In this document: piece by piece, positions 27,820-38,482 of the stretch | Position numbering within the stretch: the first letter of the stretch is position 1 | Layout of the letters: each line of letters opens with the position of its first letter | Sequence record: OQ411014.1 | DNA: 64,000 nucleotides | Reading direction: 5' to 3' (one strand) | Translations under genes and position numbers: made by a program | The notes under the pieces: generated by a model | Database searches by the model: none | What the model was told of the DNA's origin: nothing | The model's input: the letters and a program-made list of their open reading frames with translations, nothing else

Positions 27820-28590
27820 ATGAACCGCACAGAAAAAGCAATGCAAATCGAAAAGAACTTCAACTCCATGATGGCTGCTCTTGAATGTCTTCTGGATACC
27901 CAAGCTAACTCAATCAACTCTCTGATTGTTTCTGGTAAAGGTGGTGTTGGTAAAACTTATAACGTAGACAAACGTCTGCAACAAGCAGATAACAACTACG
28001 AAATCGACTACAAAAAGATTTCTGGTAAAGTAACTACTATGGGTCTGTACGAAGCACTGTATCACTCTCGCCACGCTGCTTCAGTACTGTTACTCGATGA
28101 CGTTGATATCTTCGGTGACGAAACTAATATCGACCTCCTTAAAGCAGTACTGGATACTTCCGATAAGCGTGTTGTTTCTTATGCAACTTCCGGTAAGCAC
28201 TTGGACGCGATGGGTATTCCTAAGCAGTTCGAGTTCCGTGGTAAAGTGATCTTCCTGACGAACAAAAACCTGTCACAGATTGCTAAAGGTAAAAGCAGTT
28301 TAGCACCACACATCGATGCTCTGATTACTCGTAGTATCTTCGTGGACCTGCAACTGTTCAGCAACGAAGAAGTAATGATTCACATCGAAAACGTTATGTC
28401 CAAAACTAACATTCTGGAAAACCAGTTCGTTAGTCCAGAAGGTGCAGGTCACATTCTGAACTTCATGCTCAAGAATGAAGATCGTCTGCGTAGTCCTTCT
28501 CTGCGTATGCCAGTACTGATCGCTGGCTTGTATAATAAGTTCCCGTTTGATTGGGAATCAATGGCTGAAAACATGTTCCTGGAGAAATAA
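27820..28590 (+). CDS. AAA+/P-loop ATPase
   Basis: Walker A GKGGVGKT, Walker B LLLDDVD, sensor-like FLTN; true start MNRTEK. Confidence 0.85.
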   Translation: MNRTEKAMQIEKNFNSMMAALECLLDTQANSINSLIVSGKGGVGKTYNVDKRLQQADNNYEIDYKKISGKVTTMGLYEALYHSRHAASVLLLDDVDIFGDETNIDLLKAVLDTSDKRVVSYATSGKHLDAMGIPKQFEFRGKVIFLTNKNLSQIAKGKSSLAPHIDALITRSIFVDLQLFSNEEVMIHIENVMSKTNILENQFVSPEGAGHILNFMLKNEDRLRSPSLRMPVLIAGLYNKFPFDWESMAENMFLEK

Positions 28591-28591
28591 T

Positions 28592-28969
28592 ATGCAAATG
28601 TTCTTGACACCTTTTGGTTCAATCTGTTTAGTACTGGAAACTTTCCTATCTGTTGCAGTACTATGTATGCTGATTGGGAAGTTCTTTAATGCTCGCCCAT
28701 TCAATAAGTACTATGATGCAATTTATGATCAAAGTGAAAGTGAAGGCGTAGCTATCTTTCAATTGCTGGTGGCTATCGTAATCGCTACTATCCTTGCATG
28801 GATTGGTATCATCGGGGAATTCGAACTCCTAACAGAATTTTCAGTTGTAGCAGCTTCTGTGTGTACTGCCTTTACAATTCTGTACTTTACAATCTGTGCA
28901 GTGGATGCTATTATTCCTTATATCAAAAACGTGCACCACAAAATCGTAAAGAAAACCAACGGGGAATAA
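28592..28969 (+). CDS. Three-TM membrane protein (array member)
   Basis: Start moved to MQMFLT; 3 hydrophobic segments, basic tail. Confidence 0.75.
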   Translation: MQMFLTPFGSICLVLETFLSVAVLCMLIGKFFNARPFNKYYDAIYDQSESEGVAIFQLLVAIVIATILAWIGIIGEFELLTEFSVVAASVCTAFTILYFTICAVDAIIPYIKNVHHKIVKKTNGE

Positions 28970-29101
28970 AATGAAACCTGAGCAGTGGATTATTGATGAC
29001 ATGCGTTCTATGCGAGCAATTAAAGAACGCACATACGTACAAGAACAATATCTCGAACTCTTGATGTGGTACGTAAAAGTACTGAACTCTAAGGAATAAT
29101 T

Positions 29102-29449
29102 ATGTCTGCATATACTATGATTACATGTTCTAATCTTGTTAGTATTGCGTACTTTATGTACGTCGCACTTATGGTTGTATGTTGGTACTTTCGCTTGTCA
29201 AAGGTTTATTGTGCAATTGTCCCAAGTTCTGAATTTGGGATGTTCTTTATAAAATTCATGTTCATTGTTACATCAGTAACGAACTTCCTACAACTTATGG
29301 ACTCCTTCTTCCCAGGTACTGGTGAGCCAGTAGCGTTTGCATTCTATATGAACGTTGCAATTGCCGGAGCTTTATTAGGTTGGTTCTTACTGTGTAAAGT
29401 AGTGAATTACCTTTTGTACATCCGAGCAGAACATATTCCACGGAGATAA
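29102..29449 (+). CDS. Three-TM membrane protein (array member)
   Basis: 115 aa, 3 hydrophobic segments. Confidence 0.75.
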   Translation: MSAYTMITCSNLVSIAYFMYVALMVVCWYFRLSKVYCAIVPSSEFGMFFIKFMFIVTSVTNFLQLMDSFFPGTGEPVAFAFYMNVAIAGALLGWFLLCKVVNYLLYIRAEHIPRR

Positions 29450-29452
29450 TAA

Positions 29453-29800
29453 ATGAATTCGTTCTTTTCTTCATTAGCAGCATTAGCAACAGAAAACACA
29501 CTATACACCATCTTCATTTGTACTCTATCATTATGTTATGGTGCAATGTGGTTCACTAATCATCGCTGGTTCCATGTTATTGATAAGAAGTTCGGTATAG
29601 TAGTATTTGCAATACATTTAGCAACACTAGTAGCAGTACTGACGTGGGTGATTGATACTCTAGCTCCAGGAAAGCCCGTTGGGATGGTTATCAACTTCAT
29701 GTATTGGGTTGTGATGGGTGTATTTGTTGGTGGTGTATTCATCTTTGAATATATGTCAAAGATTCGTAAAAAATATTTTATTGATAAAGGAAACTACTAA
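29453..29800 (+). CDS. Three-TM membrane protein (array member)
   Basis: 115 aa, 3 hydrophobic segments, basic tail. Confidence 0.75.
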   Translation: MNSFFSSLAALATENTLYTIFICTLSLCYGAMWFTNHRWFHVIDKKFGIVVFAIHLATLVAVLTWVIDTLAPGKPVGMVINFMYWVVMGVFVGGVFIFEYMSKIRKKYFIDKGNY

Positions 29801-30138
29801 TGTTTTATTTCTGTTCAGCAGTAATGCTATTGTGGATCTTCACATGGGTTAGTTGGATCTTCTGTCTAGATATCGCCAAATGGTTCGACAAACAACTCAA
29901 ATACACTACATATGACTTTGATGGTAAGATCTTTATCATAATCGTTTCGGTTTTTGCTGTCATCGCTGAAGTTCTTGCGTGTCTTGGTATCTTTGTGATG
30001 CACGGTAAGGACTCAACGGTACTATTGGTAATTGCTACACTAATTACTAGTACTACCTTGATATCTTATGTAGTTTCGTTTATAATCTTTTGTGTCGTCC
30101 CCTGGAGGGATAAACTAGCACGTAAGAAAGGATATTAG
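29800..30138 (+). CDS. Three-TM membrane protein (array member)
   Basis: 112 aa, basic tail. Confidence 0.75.
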   Translation: MFYFCSAVMLLWIFTWVSWIFCLDIAKWFDKQLKYTTYDFDGKIFIIIVSVFAVIAEVLACLGIFVMHGKDSTVLLVIATLITSTTLISYVVSFIIFCVVPWRDKLARKKGY

Positions 30139-30139
30139 T

Positions 30140-30496
30140 ATGGAATCATTATCACCGTTCGGGTTAGGTATTTGGTACATGAACGTAGTCATTTCAGTAC
30201 TGATAGTGTTGTTGTTCGTACTGAAGTTCTTCCATGTATCACCGTTTTATAAGTTCTATGACTCAATGATAGAAACTGCTGTTATTGTTCCTATTCTGTC
30301 TGTGGTATATGTAATATGCACATTGATTCTAGTGCCATCAAATATCAATACGTTCTGGACTATTTTTGGGATGATGATCCCAACGTTGTATGATATTTGT
30401 TTAGTAGTTTTCTTATTCATTTTAGGACTACTCGGTGCATATCAAGGCTTAGAGAATCTTCACAAGAAAATCGTTGATAAAAAGGTAAATCGATAA
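30140..30496 (+). CDS. Three-TM membrane protein (array member)
   Basis: 118 aa; tail LHKKIVDKK resembles that of 28592. Confidence 0.75.
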   Translation: MESLSPFGLGIWYMNVVISVLIVLLFVLKFFHVSPFYKFYDSMIETAVIVPILSVVYVICTLILVPSNINTFWTIFGMMIPTLYDICLVVFLFILGLLGAYQGLENLHKKIVDKKVNR

Positions 30497-30834
30497 TGAA
30501 TATTTCACCTGACTTCATCGTACTAGTGAACTGCATGAGTATCTTTGTATGTGCATGTTCACTGTTCCTTGCTGTTATCTGGTTCTTTGACACTCCATTA
30601 TGGAACCATTTTACCAGTACTGATGGATGTACCTTCATTGTTATTCCAGTGCAATTGTTCCTTACTGTTCTAGTACTTACAGGTCAGTACGCAACAACTG
30701 GTGGTAATATGAAGCCATACGAAATATTATTCCTAGGTATTCTTCTCGGAATGGCAGTAAACATCGGTTCAGTACTAGTAGCTTTAGTAATGTACTGGAG
30801 AACAAAGATGCTAGAACGTCGTGATAGACGATAA
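30496..30834 (+). CDS. Three-TM membrane protein (array member)
   Basis: 112 aa, basic tail. Confidence 0.75.
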   Translation: MNISPDFIVLVNCMSIFVCACSLFLAVIWFFDTPLWNHFTSTDGCTFIVIPVQLFLTVLVLTGQYATTGGNMKPYEILFLGILLGMAVNIGSVLVALVMYWRTKMLERRDRR

Positions 30835-30989
30835 AAAATAGTTTCAAATAACCCAGTCCTAATGGCTGGGTTTTGCTCTTGAATGTATTAAATACATTTT
30901 TAGACAATATCTTTCTTGTCTAATGCTTAAAAAAACAAGAGGAAATAAATGATAAATTTTGACTTCTATTTGATTGTTGAGGACTGTAT

Positions 30990-31292
30990 ATGCTAATTTA
31001 TATATTGACCTCGATTGTTGTGTATTATCACGTATGTATACTATTAGGTACTTCGCTGTTGTTGCTAGACTATGCTTTGGATGTAAACTATCTCGAAGGT
31101 TATAGATGGATTGCGGACGAGCCTCTCTTTATAATGTTGTGGTTCGTTGAGATCCCAATGATTATAGGATATGCATTGTCTTTCTACATGAACAGTACTT
31201 TAATATTAAGCATCTTATGGGTTAGTACTTTCATAGTACTAATAACTATCTTATTAACGTTAATTGGATATTATATACATAAAAATGTATAA
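30990..31292 (+). CDS. Three-TM membrane protein
   Basis: 100 aa; GAGGA RBS; followed by hairpin AAAGCCCCTC/GAGGGGCTTT-T. Confidence 0.75.
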   Translation: MLIYILTSIVVYYHVCILLGTSLLLLDYALDVNYLEGYRWIADEPLFIMLWFVEIPMIIGYALSFYMNSTLILSILWVSTFIVLITILLTLIGYYIHKNV

Positions 31293-31380
31293 CATAAAGC
31301 CCCTCAATCGAGGGGCTTTTTTTATTGACACAATCCCTTAGACTATGCTATGATGTATCAAATTCATTGGAGACGCAACG

Positions 31381-32058
31381 ATGCATAAGAAGACACAAAA
31401 GAAGAAATCCCGTACATTCAAACATTACTTACACAGTTTTAAGTTCTGGCGGTACAGGTCTAAGTTATATGAGAAGATGTATGATGTTGGGCGTGAACCT
31501 TGGCAGTACTATTCGACTTACTCATTGGCAGTTCGAGAAAACGATTATGGCATTTCTAAGAAAGTACATAAGCTATTAGAAGCCTGTAATGTACGTTTGG
31601 ACTATGCAGAAGTACTACATGACTTTGTGTACATGTACATGGCAAAACCAAATGACCAAATGCACTACACAAGTGGTGAATTTATACACAGCAATACACA
31701 GTACGAATTCAATATCATGGGGGATAAATCCTTTATGATCCGTGAGTACAATCGTGCTGATCCACAGGTGTATATTTCGTACAAGAAAGGTTCAGTAAAG
31801 GTAGAACTAAAGTACGCATACAGTGCTAGACCTAAAAATAATGATGAGCTACAAGAAGCTCTCACTAAGCACGTACAATCTGAACTAACCGAAGCGGAGT
31901 TATTTCAGTACACAATTATGTACGAACAGTTCGAGAGACTCATTTTCATGTTGAATCTGCTTAAACCTTTATGTATATTCAAAGATACTAAAGTAAATGC
32001 CTATTCGTTGTACACACTATTCAGTACTCACGAGACTTACAAAGGACAATTACAATGA
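31381..32058 (+). CDS. Hypothetical protein, LTEAELF family
   Basis: Basic N-terminus; C-terminal ELQEALTKHVQSELTEAELFQY; upstream TTGACA promoter at 31325. Confidence 0.8.
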   Translation: MHKKTQKKKSRTFKHYLHSFKFWRYRSKLYEKMYDVGREPWQYYSTYSLAVRENDYGISKKVHKLLEACNVRLDYAEVLHDFVYMYMAKPNDQMHYTSGEFIHSNTQYEFNIMGDKSFMIREYNRADPQVYISYKKGSVKVELKYAYSARPKNNDELQEALTKHVQSELTEAELFQYTIMYEQFERLIFMLNLLKPLCIFKDTKVNAYSLYTLFSTHETYKGQLQ

Positions 32059-32675
32059 AGCTAACAGCCTTACAGAAGCACTATCAACAAACGTTCAATT
32101 TCTACCGAACTCGATATCATCGCACACACGGAGCAACAATCTATCGCCCTCGTAGATTGGGACGTGTACGTAAAGGAGGTAAGTTCTTCAAAAAGATCTG
32201 TAACGAACTGAACATCAAATGTCATGGACTGTACGGTTCTAATTCTAATGGCAAAGTAAACGTAAATGAAAACCTTCGCAGTGGTACACGTATTGATACG
32301 GTTGCTGGGAATATCTACACATCCGAAAGCCGGATGTATTTCCCTAAAGGTAAGTCCGAAGATTCTCGCTATGTATTGTGTTATGATTCTTGTGAGTCAC
32401 CGCTTAGTATCGAAGATATCATGGTACTTGATTATAAGTTCGAATACCAGGATGATTCGGTCACTAGTGAAGAACTAACCGACATCGTTCAGAAGCACCT
32501 AAAAGGTACTCTAACGGAGGCAGAACTATTTGTAGCCCTACTATACCATGAAGAGGTAATGCAGCTTCTGGCTGGTGCTGAGATGCTTTATAAGCTATTT
32601 GGATACGTACACAAAGAGCAAGTATCACTCATTGACATTTATGTTTCAGTACTGAAGAGTGAGCAATCTAAATGA
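32055..32675 (+). CDS. Hypothetical protein, LTEAELF family
   Basis: MKLTALQKHY...ELTDIVQKHLKGTLTEAELF. Confidence 0.8.
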   Translation: MKLTALQKHYQQTFNFYRTRYHRTHGATIYRPRRLGRVRKGGKFFKKICNELNIKCHGLYGSNSNGKVNVNENLRSGTRIDTVAGNIYTSESRMYFPKGKSEDSRYVLCYDSCESPLSIEDIMVLDYKFEYQDDSVTSEELTDIVQKHLKGTLTEAELFVALLYHEEVMQLLAGAEMLYKLFGYVHKEQVSLIDIYVSVLKSEQSK

Positions 32676-33346
32676 AGATGAACCGTTTTGGGAATCACTA
32701 CAACAAGTACTTCAAACATATGCACTACGTACAAGCAGAATCTACTACTTCTGCGTATGTATATAACCGTAATGCAACCAGACGGACTCATATGCGTAGG
32801 TCGTTTTCTGCTGTACTGAAGAAGTTCATGCGAGCTAAAGGATTTATGTTCAAAAAAGATACACGGTCTGGATGGTCTTGGGAGAACCATAACACATCAC
32901 CATCATCTGTGTATAATATAGGTCTAACATATTTCAGTTTTATGATTGATGATATTCCTTGTTTGGTTTCGTATTATACATATCCATATACCTACAATGT
33001 CACTGTATATGTGAATTATATATCAGTCGATGATGATGAAAAATTACTGAAACAAAACGTTATTCAAGTTGGTATATCAAATGAAGTATACGCCGCCCAG
33101 GATAAAGAGTTGGAGGATATTCTTAGGAAAAAGTTACCAAAGTACCATGAAGTACTGACGGATGAAAAGATGTTTCAGTACAGTACAATGATACCGAATG
33201 CAGATGTATATTGGAAAGCTAACAATATATATCATAATATTACACAAATGATAATGAGTAGTTATCATGAGAACATACATCACCCATACAATAAAAAGAA
33301 TAAAACAATCATTCATTTATTGAATTGTATCTTGAAGGAATTATAA
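32672..33346 (+). CDS. Hypothetical protein, LTEAELF family
   Basis: KELEDILRKKLPKYHEVLTDEKMFQYSTMIPNADVY. Confidence 0.8.
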   Translation: MKMNRFGNHYNKYFKHMHYVQAESTTSAYVYNRNATRRTHMRRSFSAVLKKFMRAKGFMFKKDTRSGWSWENHNTSPSSVYNIGLTYFSFMIDDIPCLVSYYTYPYTYNVTVYVNYISVDDDEKLLKQNVIQVGISNEVYAAQDKELEDILRKKLPKYHEVLTDEKMFQYSTMIPNADVYWKANNIYHNITQMIMSSYHENIHHPYNKKNKTIIHLLNCILKEL

Positions 33347-33350
33347 AAGA

Positions 33351-33384
33351 AAAATGCCAGTACATATTTTAGTACTGGCATTTT
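33351..33384. terminator. Bidirectional terminator built on GTAC arms
   Basis: AAAATGCCAGTAC/GTACTGGCATTTT inverted repeat between convergent genes. Confidence 0.8.
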
Positions 33385-33385
33385 G

Positions 33386-34516
33386 TTAAAATGGTAAATC
33401 TATTTGTTTGGTAATCGTCATACCTAAAGGTATTGAACACATTGACATATTTTTCCCATTTAGATTGGAAGGCGGCTGTCCGTTCATCCATATATTGGTA
33501 TCGTCATAGAATGTACTCCACCACGTAGAACCACCTTCTATGTGAATATTTTGATTAAAATCAGCGAATTGGCATTCTTGAAAAACTTCAAAAAACGGAA
33601 TAGATGATAAACTACTACTAGTAAATGGTGTATATCCTGTTGCCATTAACTTATTCGTATCTGAATTTACTAAAAAGATAACATTACCTGCATTGTATGG
33701 TACATATTTGGGATATAAATTACTCATATCACCAATAGGGAAGTTAATATTAAATATTTTACTATGCGTACCCGTTCCTGAAAGTGTAGTACCAGTTACG
33801 TATATTTTATTATCAGTTGTACCCATAATAAACCCAATACCAAACCCAGAACAAAATGTAATGTCGTATGAAACATTATCAAATAGTTGAACAAACGTAG
33901 TTACATCACCTGCTGGACTTTGTATTTGTAAACTATTGTTTGCACCTGCTCCCCAAACAGTTCCGTTACTTTTCACTTTGAATAAAGTATCTCCTATATA
34001 GTGACCATATATGCTATCAACTTCAGTATCAAGTTCTGTCCATTGTGACACAAAGTTTTTATGCCCTAAACCTAAACACCCATTACGATTAAGCCCTCTA
34101 CCGTACAATGTACCATCATTCATCAATACAAATACTGTATATCCACATAACATTTTTTTAATTTGTGTAACGTCGATACCATTAAAATACCCACTCCAAT
34201 CTGCATAACCTTGTTGCATTGTCGAAGAATTTGTAAATGCTTGTGTTGGCCCTGAACCATATATTTTACCACCTTTAATAATGACTGAAAACGATCCCAA
34301 CCACACATCTTGAACATCCTGAGCAATTGTTTTCAATTCACCATATGCAGTTAAGGGAGTACTTTGCCCTGAACTATATGTTGAATCTTCTCCGTGTGCA
34401 TATAATGTTCCATCTTGTGTTAGAATCATTTCTAAGTAAACAGCACTTACACTTTTCTTTATTTTATTAACTTCTATTTTATTTCCGTACTTCAACATCC
34501 TTGCAAAAGGTAACAT
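33386..34516 (-). CDS. RCC1/BLIP-II-like beta-propeller, MLPF tag (array gene 14)
   Basis: MLPFARMLKYGN; DGTLYGRGLNRNGCLGLG repeat. Confidence 0.85.
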   Translation of the reverse strand: MLPFARMLKYGNKIEVNKIKKSVSAVYLEMILTQDGTLYAHGEDSTYSSGQSTPLTAYGELKTIAQDVQDVWLGSFSVIIKGGKIYGSGPTQAFTNSSTMQQGYADWSGYFNGIDVTQIKKMLCGYTVFVLMNDGTLYGRGLNRNGCLGLGHKNFVSQWTELDTEVDSIYGHYIGDTLFKVKSNGTVWGAGANNSLQIQSPAGDVTTFVQLFDNVSYDITFCSGFGIGFIMGTTDNKIYVTGTTLSGTGTHSKIFNINFPIGDMSNLYPKYVPYNAGNVIFLVNSDTNKLMATGYTPFTSSSLSSIPFFEVFQECQFADFNQNIHIEGGSTWWSTFYDDTNIWMNGQPPSNLNGKNMSMCSIPLGMTITKQIDLPF

Positions 34517-34525
34517 GATAATCTC

Positions 34526-35704
34526 CTATCGATCAAATTTAAAATCTGTTATGTGTGTCCAAACATGTGGTAATGGTGTACTCAATGGTGTAAATCCAGC
34601 AGGGTCTGACAAAGTACTACCACATGCGTACATAAATTGATTACCAGTACAATCCATTATAGCATAAGAACGTGTAGCTGTACCACATTTGAATCCAACT
34701 GCACTGCTTGGTGTTGGTAATACTTCAAATGTTAGTGCATTTGATGAACCACCACCATCCTTTGTACCTGCGATGTATAGTACTCCATTATTATCAATGA
34801 TTAAGTTGGTCCAATATGCTTGTTCTCTCCCAGCAAGGAAATATGATAAATCACCTGGTACAAATGGTAATGTTCCTTTATACATGGTAGTATTAACATT
34901 CACTGGTGCTCCAGATACACCCCAAGCACTCATGAAGTTTCTTCCACTTGCGTAGAATGTAGTTCCTTTACCGTAAAGTATTAACGTCGCTTGACTTGTA
35001 CGCATTGCATTGTATTCAAACTCAGGATCATCAGTTGCGTTCTTAAAAATCTGTGTCCATGATGTGATATTTCCAGCAGTTGTTACGCCCATTTGATAAT
35101 AATAATTATCACCAGTAGCATAGAATTCTTTTGGTCCAGTTTGCACAACTGCATTACTATTAGTGAGCCAAAAATTCAAAGTTCCAGTTCTTACTATAGT
35201 TGGTGTAAAATTACCGACTGTGTTTCCTTTACCGAAATAACCATTCGCGTTATCCCCATGACCCCACACATCACCATTTGTTGTACGTATGAATAATGTA
35301 CCAGTATTGAAAGCAACTTTTTCTATAGTACTGATATCAATACCAGCCGAAGTGTACTTCGATGTGAAATCTTGAAAAGTACCCCAATAATTAGATGAAC
35401 CATTAAACATTGCTTGTCTACCAGTGTACTTCACTTTATTATCATTAGTTATAAGTAACGTCCCCCACACTGACGCGAACATCAACTTAACATTTTCCAT
35501 AACGAAATATGGTTTACCATATGCCGCAGCGGTAGAGTTCCTCCCTAAAAGTTGACCATTATTACTACAACCCCATACTTCGCCATTATCCAATAGCATT
35601 AACATTGTAGGCTTACCCGATGACACATCCAAGAAGAAATCCACGGGTGTTGCACCTTTCGGTATCACATTTCCATATTCTAACATCCTTACAAAAGGTA
35701 ACAT
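34526..35704 (-). CDS. RCC1/BLIP-II-like beta-propeller, MLPF tag (13)
   Basis: MLPFVRMLEYGN; GDVWGHGDNANGYFGKG. Confidence 0.85.
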   Translation of the reverse strand: MLPFVRMLEYGNVIPKGATPVDFFLDVSSGKPTMLMLLDNGEVWGCSNNGQLLGRNSTAAAYGKPYFVMENVKLMFASVWGTLLITNDNKVKYTGRQAMFNGSSNYWGTFQDFTSKYTSAGIDISTIEKVAFNTGTLFIRTTNGDVWGHGDNANGYFGKGNTVGNFTPTIVRTGTLNFWLTNSNAVVQTGPKEFYATGDNYYYQMGVTTAGNITSWTQIFKNATDDPEFEYNAMRTSQATLILYGKGTTFYASGRNFMSAWGVSGAPVNVNTTMYKGTLPFVPGDLSYFLAGREQAYWTNLIIDNNGVLYIAGTKDGGGSSNALTFEVLPTPSSAVGFKCGTATRSYAIMDCTGNQFMYACGSTLSDPAGFTPLSTPLPHVWTHITDFKFDR

Positions 35705-35775
35705 AATCAAATCTCCGTAATTAAATCATACAGTATTTACAAAAAAAATGCCAGTACATATTTCAGTACTATATA

Positions 35776-36942
35776 TTATTGGGGAAAGCGTGGATCGTCA
35801 AGAATAAATTCAGTACTGCTAGTTCCACCATCTGTGATATATGTTCCAGTACTATAGATGTAGTTTCCATCAGTTAGATACGTTCTGAAATTCGTACCAA
35901 TAACCTTAACATTAGGCATATCAGTTACTTCAGATGGTAAAATACATTTTGTATAGAATAGTTTATTTCCACTTGAACCTACACCTAAACAAACATAGTT
36001 GCTGGTATTATAACCACTACCATATACACCATCGGTTGTAACAACAAATGATTTATAATATTCGTATCCCAAATTGACACTTAAACGTTCACCTGCGGGT
36101 TGTTGTCCAGCCGAAATAGTACTATAAGCCTTATAAGTACCAGCCGAATCCTGACCATTACCAAGTGCACCAAATCGAGCAGCACCACCATTATATACGT
36201 TTTTAACTAATGAAGAATTTTGGTTTATACCAATAGCAACAAATTCGTTATTACTATACGCTATATTTGGACTTCCAACAGAAGTTGAATTTAACGTATA
36301 AATGGTTACTCTAGCACTAACATCATTATTATTATACCCAACAATTGTTCCAGTGTAATATAATTTACCGTCTTCTGTATTAAATCCATGCATGGTGCTA
36401 TTTGCGAATATTTTATGTGGGATAATACCATCTGGTATGGTGGCTTTAACAAAAGAACCAGTAATATTCGCTGTAGTATTATTTCCTAATTCACCATAGC
36501 TGCCGTACCCAGTTGACCATATAGTATCATTGGATAATAAAACACTTAGAGAGAATTTTGATGTTACGATATCTTTAATATCTGCCTCTAACAACGCAAA
36601 CAATGAAGAACAATCTGTCCATTGATTAACTGAACCACCAGGAACGCCAATATATGAGTTATTACCACTGAACCAGAACTCCCCATTGAACTTTTGAACT
36701 AATATAGTTTCCGCAGTAACCCATACCTTTTGTACGGAATCCAACGTCGGTGTCCATACAGTAACTTTAGTACCACTGGCATTACCCATACCAAACGCAC
36801 CCGATTGGTCACGCCCACGAACAAATAACTCACCAGATGTCATTAGAACAACCGTGAAATACATAGAGCATTTAATATCTTTTATTGGTGCTGGTGTTGG
36901 GGCTTTATTCCCATAATTTATCATCCTCACAAAAGGTAACAT
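35776..36942 (-). CDS. RCC1/BLIP-II-like beta-propeller, MLPF tag (12)
   Basis: MLPFVRMINYGN; IWSTGYGSYGELGN. Confidence 0.85.
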   Translation of the reverse strand: MLPFVRMINYGNKAPTPAPIKDIKCSMYFTVVLMTSGELFVRGRDQSGAFGMGNASGTKVTVWTPTLDSVQKVWVTAETILVQKFNGEFWFSGNNSYIGVPGGSVNQWTDCSSLFALLEADIKDIVTSKFSLSVLLSNDTIWSTGYGSYGELGNNTTANITGSFVKATIPDGIIPHKIFANSTMHGFNTEDGKLYYTGTIVGYNNNDVSARVTIYTLNSTSVGSPNIAYSNNEFVAIGINQNSSLVKNVYNGGAARFGALGNGQDSAGTYKAYSTISAGQQPAGERLSVNLGYEYYKSFVVTTDGVYGSGYNTSNYVCLGVGSSGNKLFYTKCILPSEVTDMPNVKVIGTNFRTYLTDGNYIYSTGTYITDGGTSSTEFILDDPRFPQ

Positions 36943-37019
36943 AATTAATTCTCCAAAATTAAAATAATTATAAGGTATTTAATAAAAAAATACCAGCACC
37001 TTTCAGTACTGGTATTATA

Positions 37020-38402
37020 TTACATACTAGTTAATTGTATTTCTGTTAATGTCGCATAAGTTACGCCTTTGTAAATCCCACGCCAATAAATTTTCCCATC
37101 AGTTCCCATAACTACTAATCCATAGGACAAATGAGCACCAGCATCGTTATAGAGTGTTCCACCAACGTACATAGCATCATATACATCAATGCCAATATCT
37201 TCTGGTGTGAAATTCGCCACCGCCCCAGTAGACCATGTTGGACTTGCAAAATAATCACTATATACACCATGTGCTACTGTTATAACACTTGATCCTCGTT
37301 CATACAACACAGTACCACAAAAACTCATGTGGATACGCGTCGTCTGCGTCGTCGGTATATCAACCAATCCAGCACCTGGGTAAGACCCTGTAGTAATCTT
37401 CTTGTAATCACCACCAGTTGTGTTCAAGCTATTGACAGATGTACTACTCATACCAACGTTGTAGTTCTGGTAGTAATAGAAATTACCACTTATATATACT
37501 GAATACCCACCACCAGTACCATTACGTAATAATTTACCACCGGAAGTGAATAATATACCCTCATTACATGAATCAAAATGATATGTATCAGTTGTTGGAG
37601 CAACAATCTCAGTCCATGCTGTTAGGTTCTGATACGCCCCAGGTGTGTTCGTTAAGCATCTATTACTGTTTGTTCCTTTACCAACCAACGAGCCATCTTC
37701 TAATTGTGCATAAATTGCTTGATAACCATCAGTGTAATAAGTTGAGTTGTGAGCGAAACCAAGAATACCACTTATCTTTTTGACTTTTTGTGTTAATTTG
37801 GTATCTTTAACAAAACCAACAGTCCATTGACCATATGATACAATCTCGTTTATCATACCTAACCCATATGGGCCATTGTACCATATCTCACCCGCATCGT
37901 TAAGTACTACAACTAATCCTTCGTACTTACTTGTAAATGTCCCACTATTCCATGTTACTGGTCCGTTATTATATGCACTTACAACAATCGCATCAACTAT
38001 AGTCCCAACTTTGGTCAAAAATGCACTTACATCAACCCATTGGTAATCAGTCGTGAAAGGTGCACTAGTAGTACTCGCGTTAGTGAACAAACCAGTACTG
38101 TACTGTCCACAGAAGAAATATTTTCCGTTATTATCCAGTACTAAACATCCAATGTTTAATAACCAGAAATCCTTTACATTAGTACGGATAGCTTCTAAAC
38201 CAGAATCAACTGGAGTTTGTACACCAAAGGCAACCTTCTTCGTGTTACCCATTCCATAAAGAGTACCATCATTTCCTAAAATAGCACCCGCCCAGTTCCC
38301 ACCGCCATTTGAGTTTCGTCCTCTACCTACAGTTTGCATCTTTGTACCTTTAGGCACTTCAACTGTATTTCCATAATTTAACATCCTCACAAAAGGTAAC
38401 AT
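37020..38402 (-). CDS. Beta-propeller protein, MLPF tag (11, longest)
   Basis: MLPFVRMLNYGN; DGTLYGMGN and DGSLVGKGTN repeats; start moved from 38417. Confidence 0.8.
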   Translation of the reverse strand: MLPFVRMLNYGNTVEVPKGTKMQTVGRGRNSNGGGNWAGAILGNDGTLYGMGNTKKVAFGVQTPVDSGLEAIRTNVKDFWLLNIGCLVLDNNGKYFFCGQYSTGLFTNASTTSAPFTTDYQWVDVSAFLTKVGTIVDAIVVSAYNNGPVTWNSGTFTSKYEGLVVVLNDAGEIWYNGPYGLGMINEIVSYGQWTVGFVKDTKLTQKVKKISGILGFAHNSTYYTDGYQAIYAQLEDGSLVGKGTNSNRCLTNTPGAYQNLTAWTEIVAPTTDTYHFDSCNEGILFTSGGKLLRNGTGGGYSVYISGNFYYYQNYNVGMSSTSVNSLNTTGGDYKKITTGSYPGAGLVDIPTTQTTRIHMSFCGTVLYERGSSVITVAHGVYSDYFASPTWSTGAVANFTPEDIGIDVYDAMYVGGTLYNDAGAHLSYGLVVMGTDGKIYWRGIYKGVTYATLTEIQLTSM

Positions 38403-38474
38403 AACTAAATTCTCCAAAATTAAAATAATTATAATGTATTTACAAAAAAATACCAGTACGTATTTCAGTACTGG
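38379..38474 (-). repeat. Repeated terminator/late-promoter/RBS/tag cassette of the propeller array (representative copy)
   Basis: 96 bp identical to 39629-39724; 85 bp shared with 43394-43478; degenerate copies at most junctions. Minus strand reads hairpin CCAGTAC..GTACTGG, T-run, GTAAATA, GGAG, ATGTTACCTTTTG. Confidence 0.9.
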
Positions 38475-38482
38475 CTTTTTAA

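Noticed and set aside
6296-27820. Shared N-terminus MTSV on ORFs at 6296, 25621 and 27754
   Set aside because: Artefact of the TTG start inside TTGACTTCGGTC hairpins; there is no RBS there
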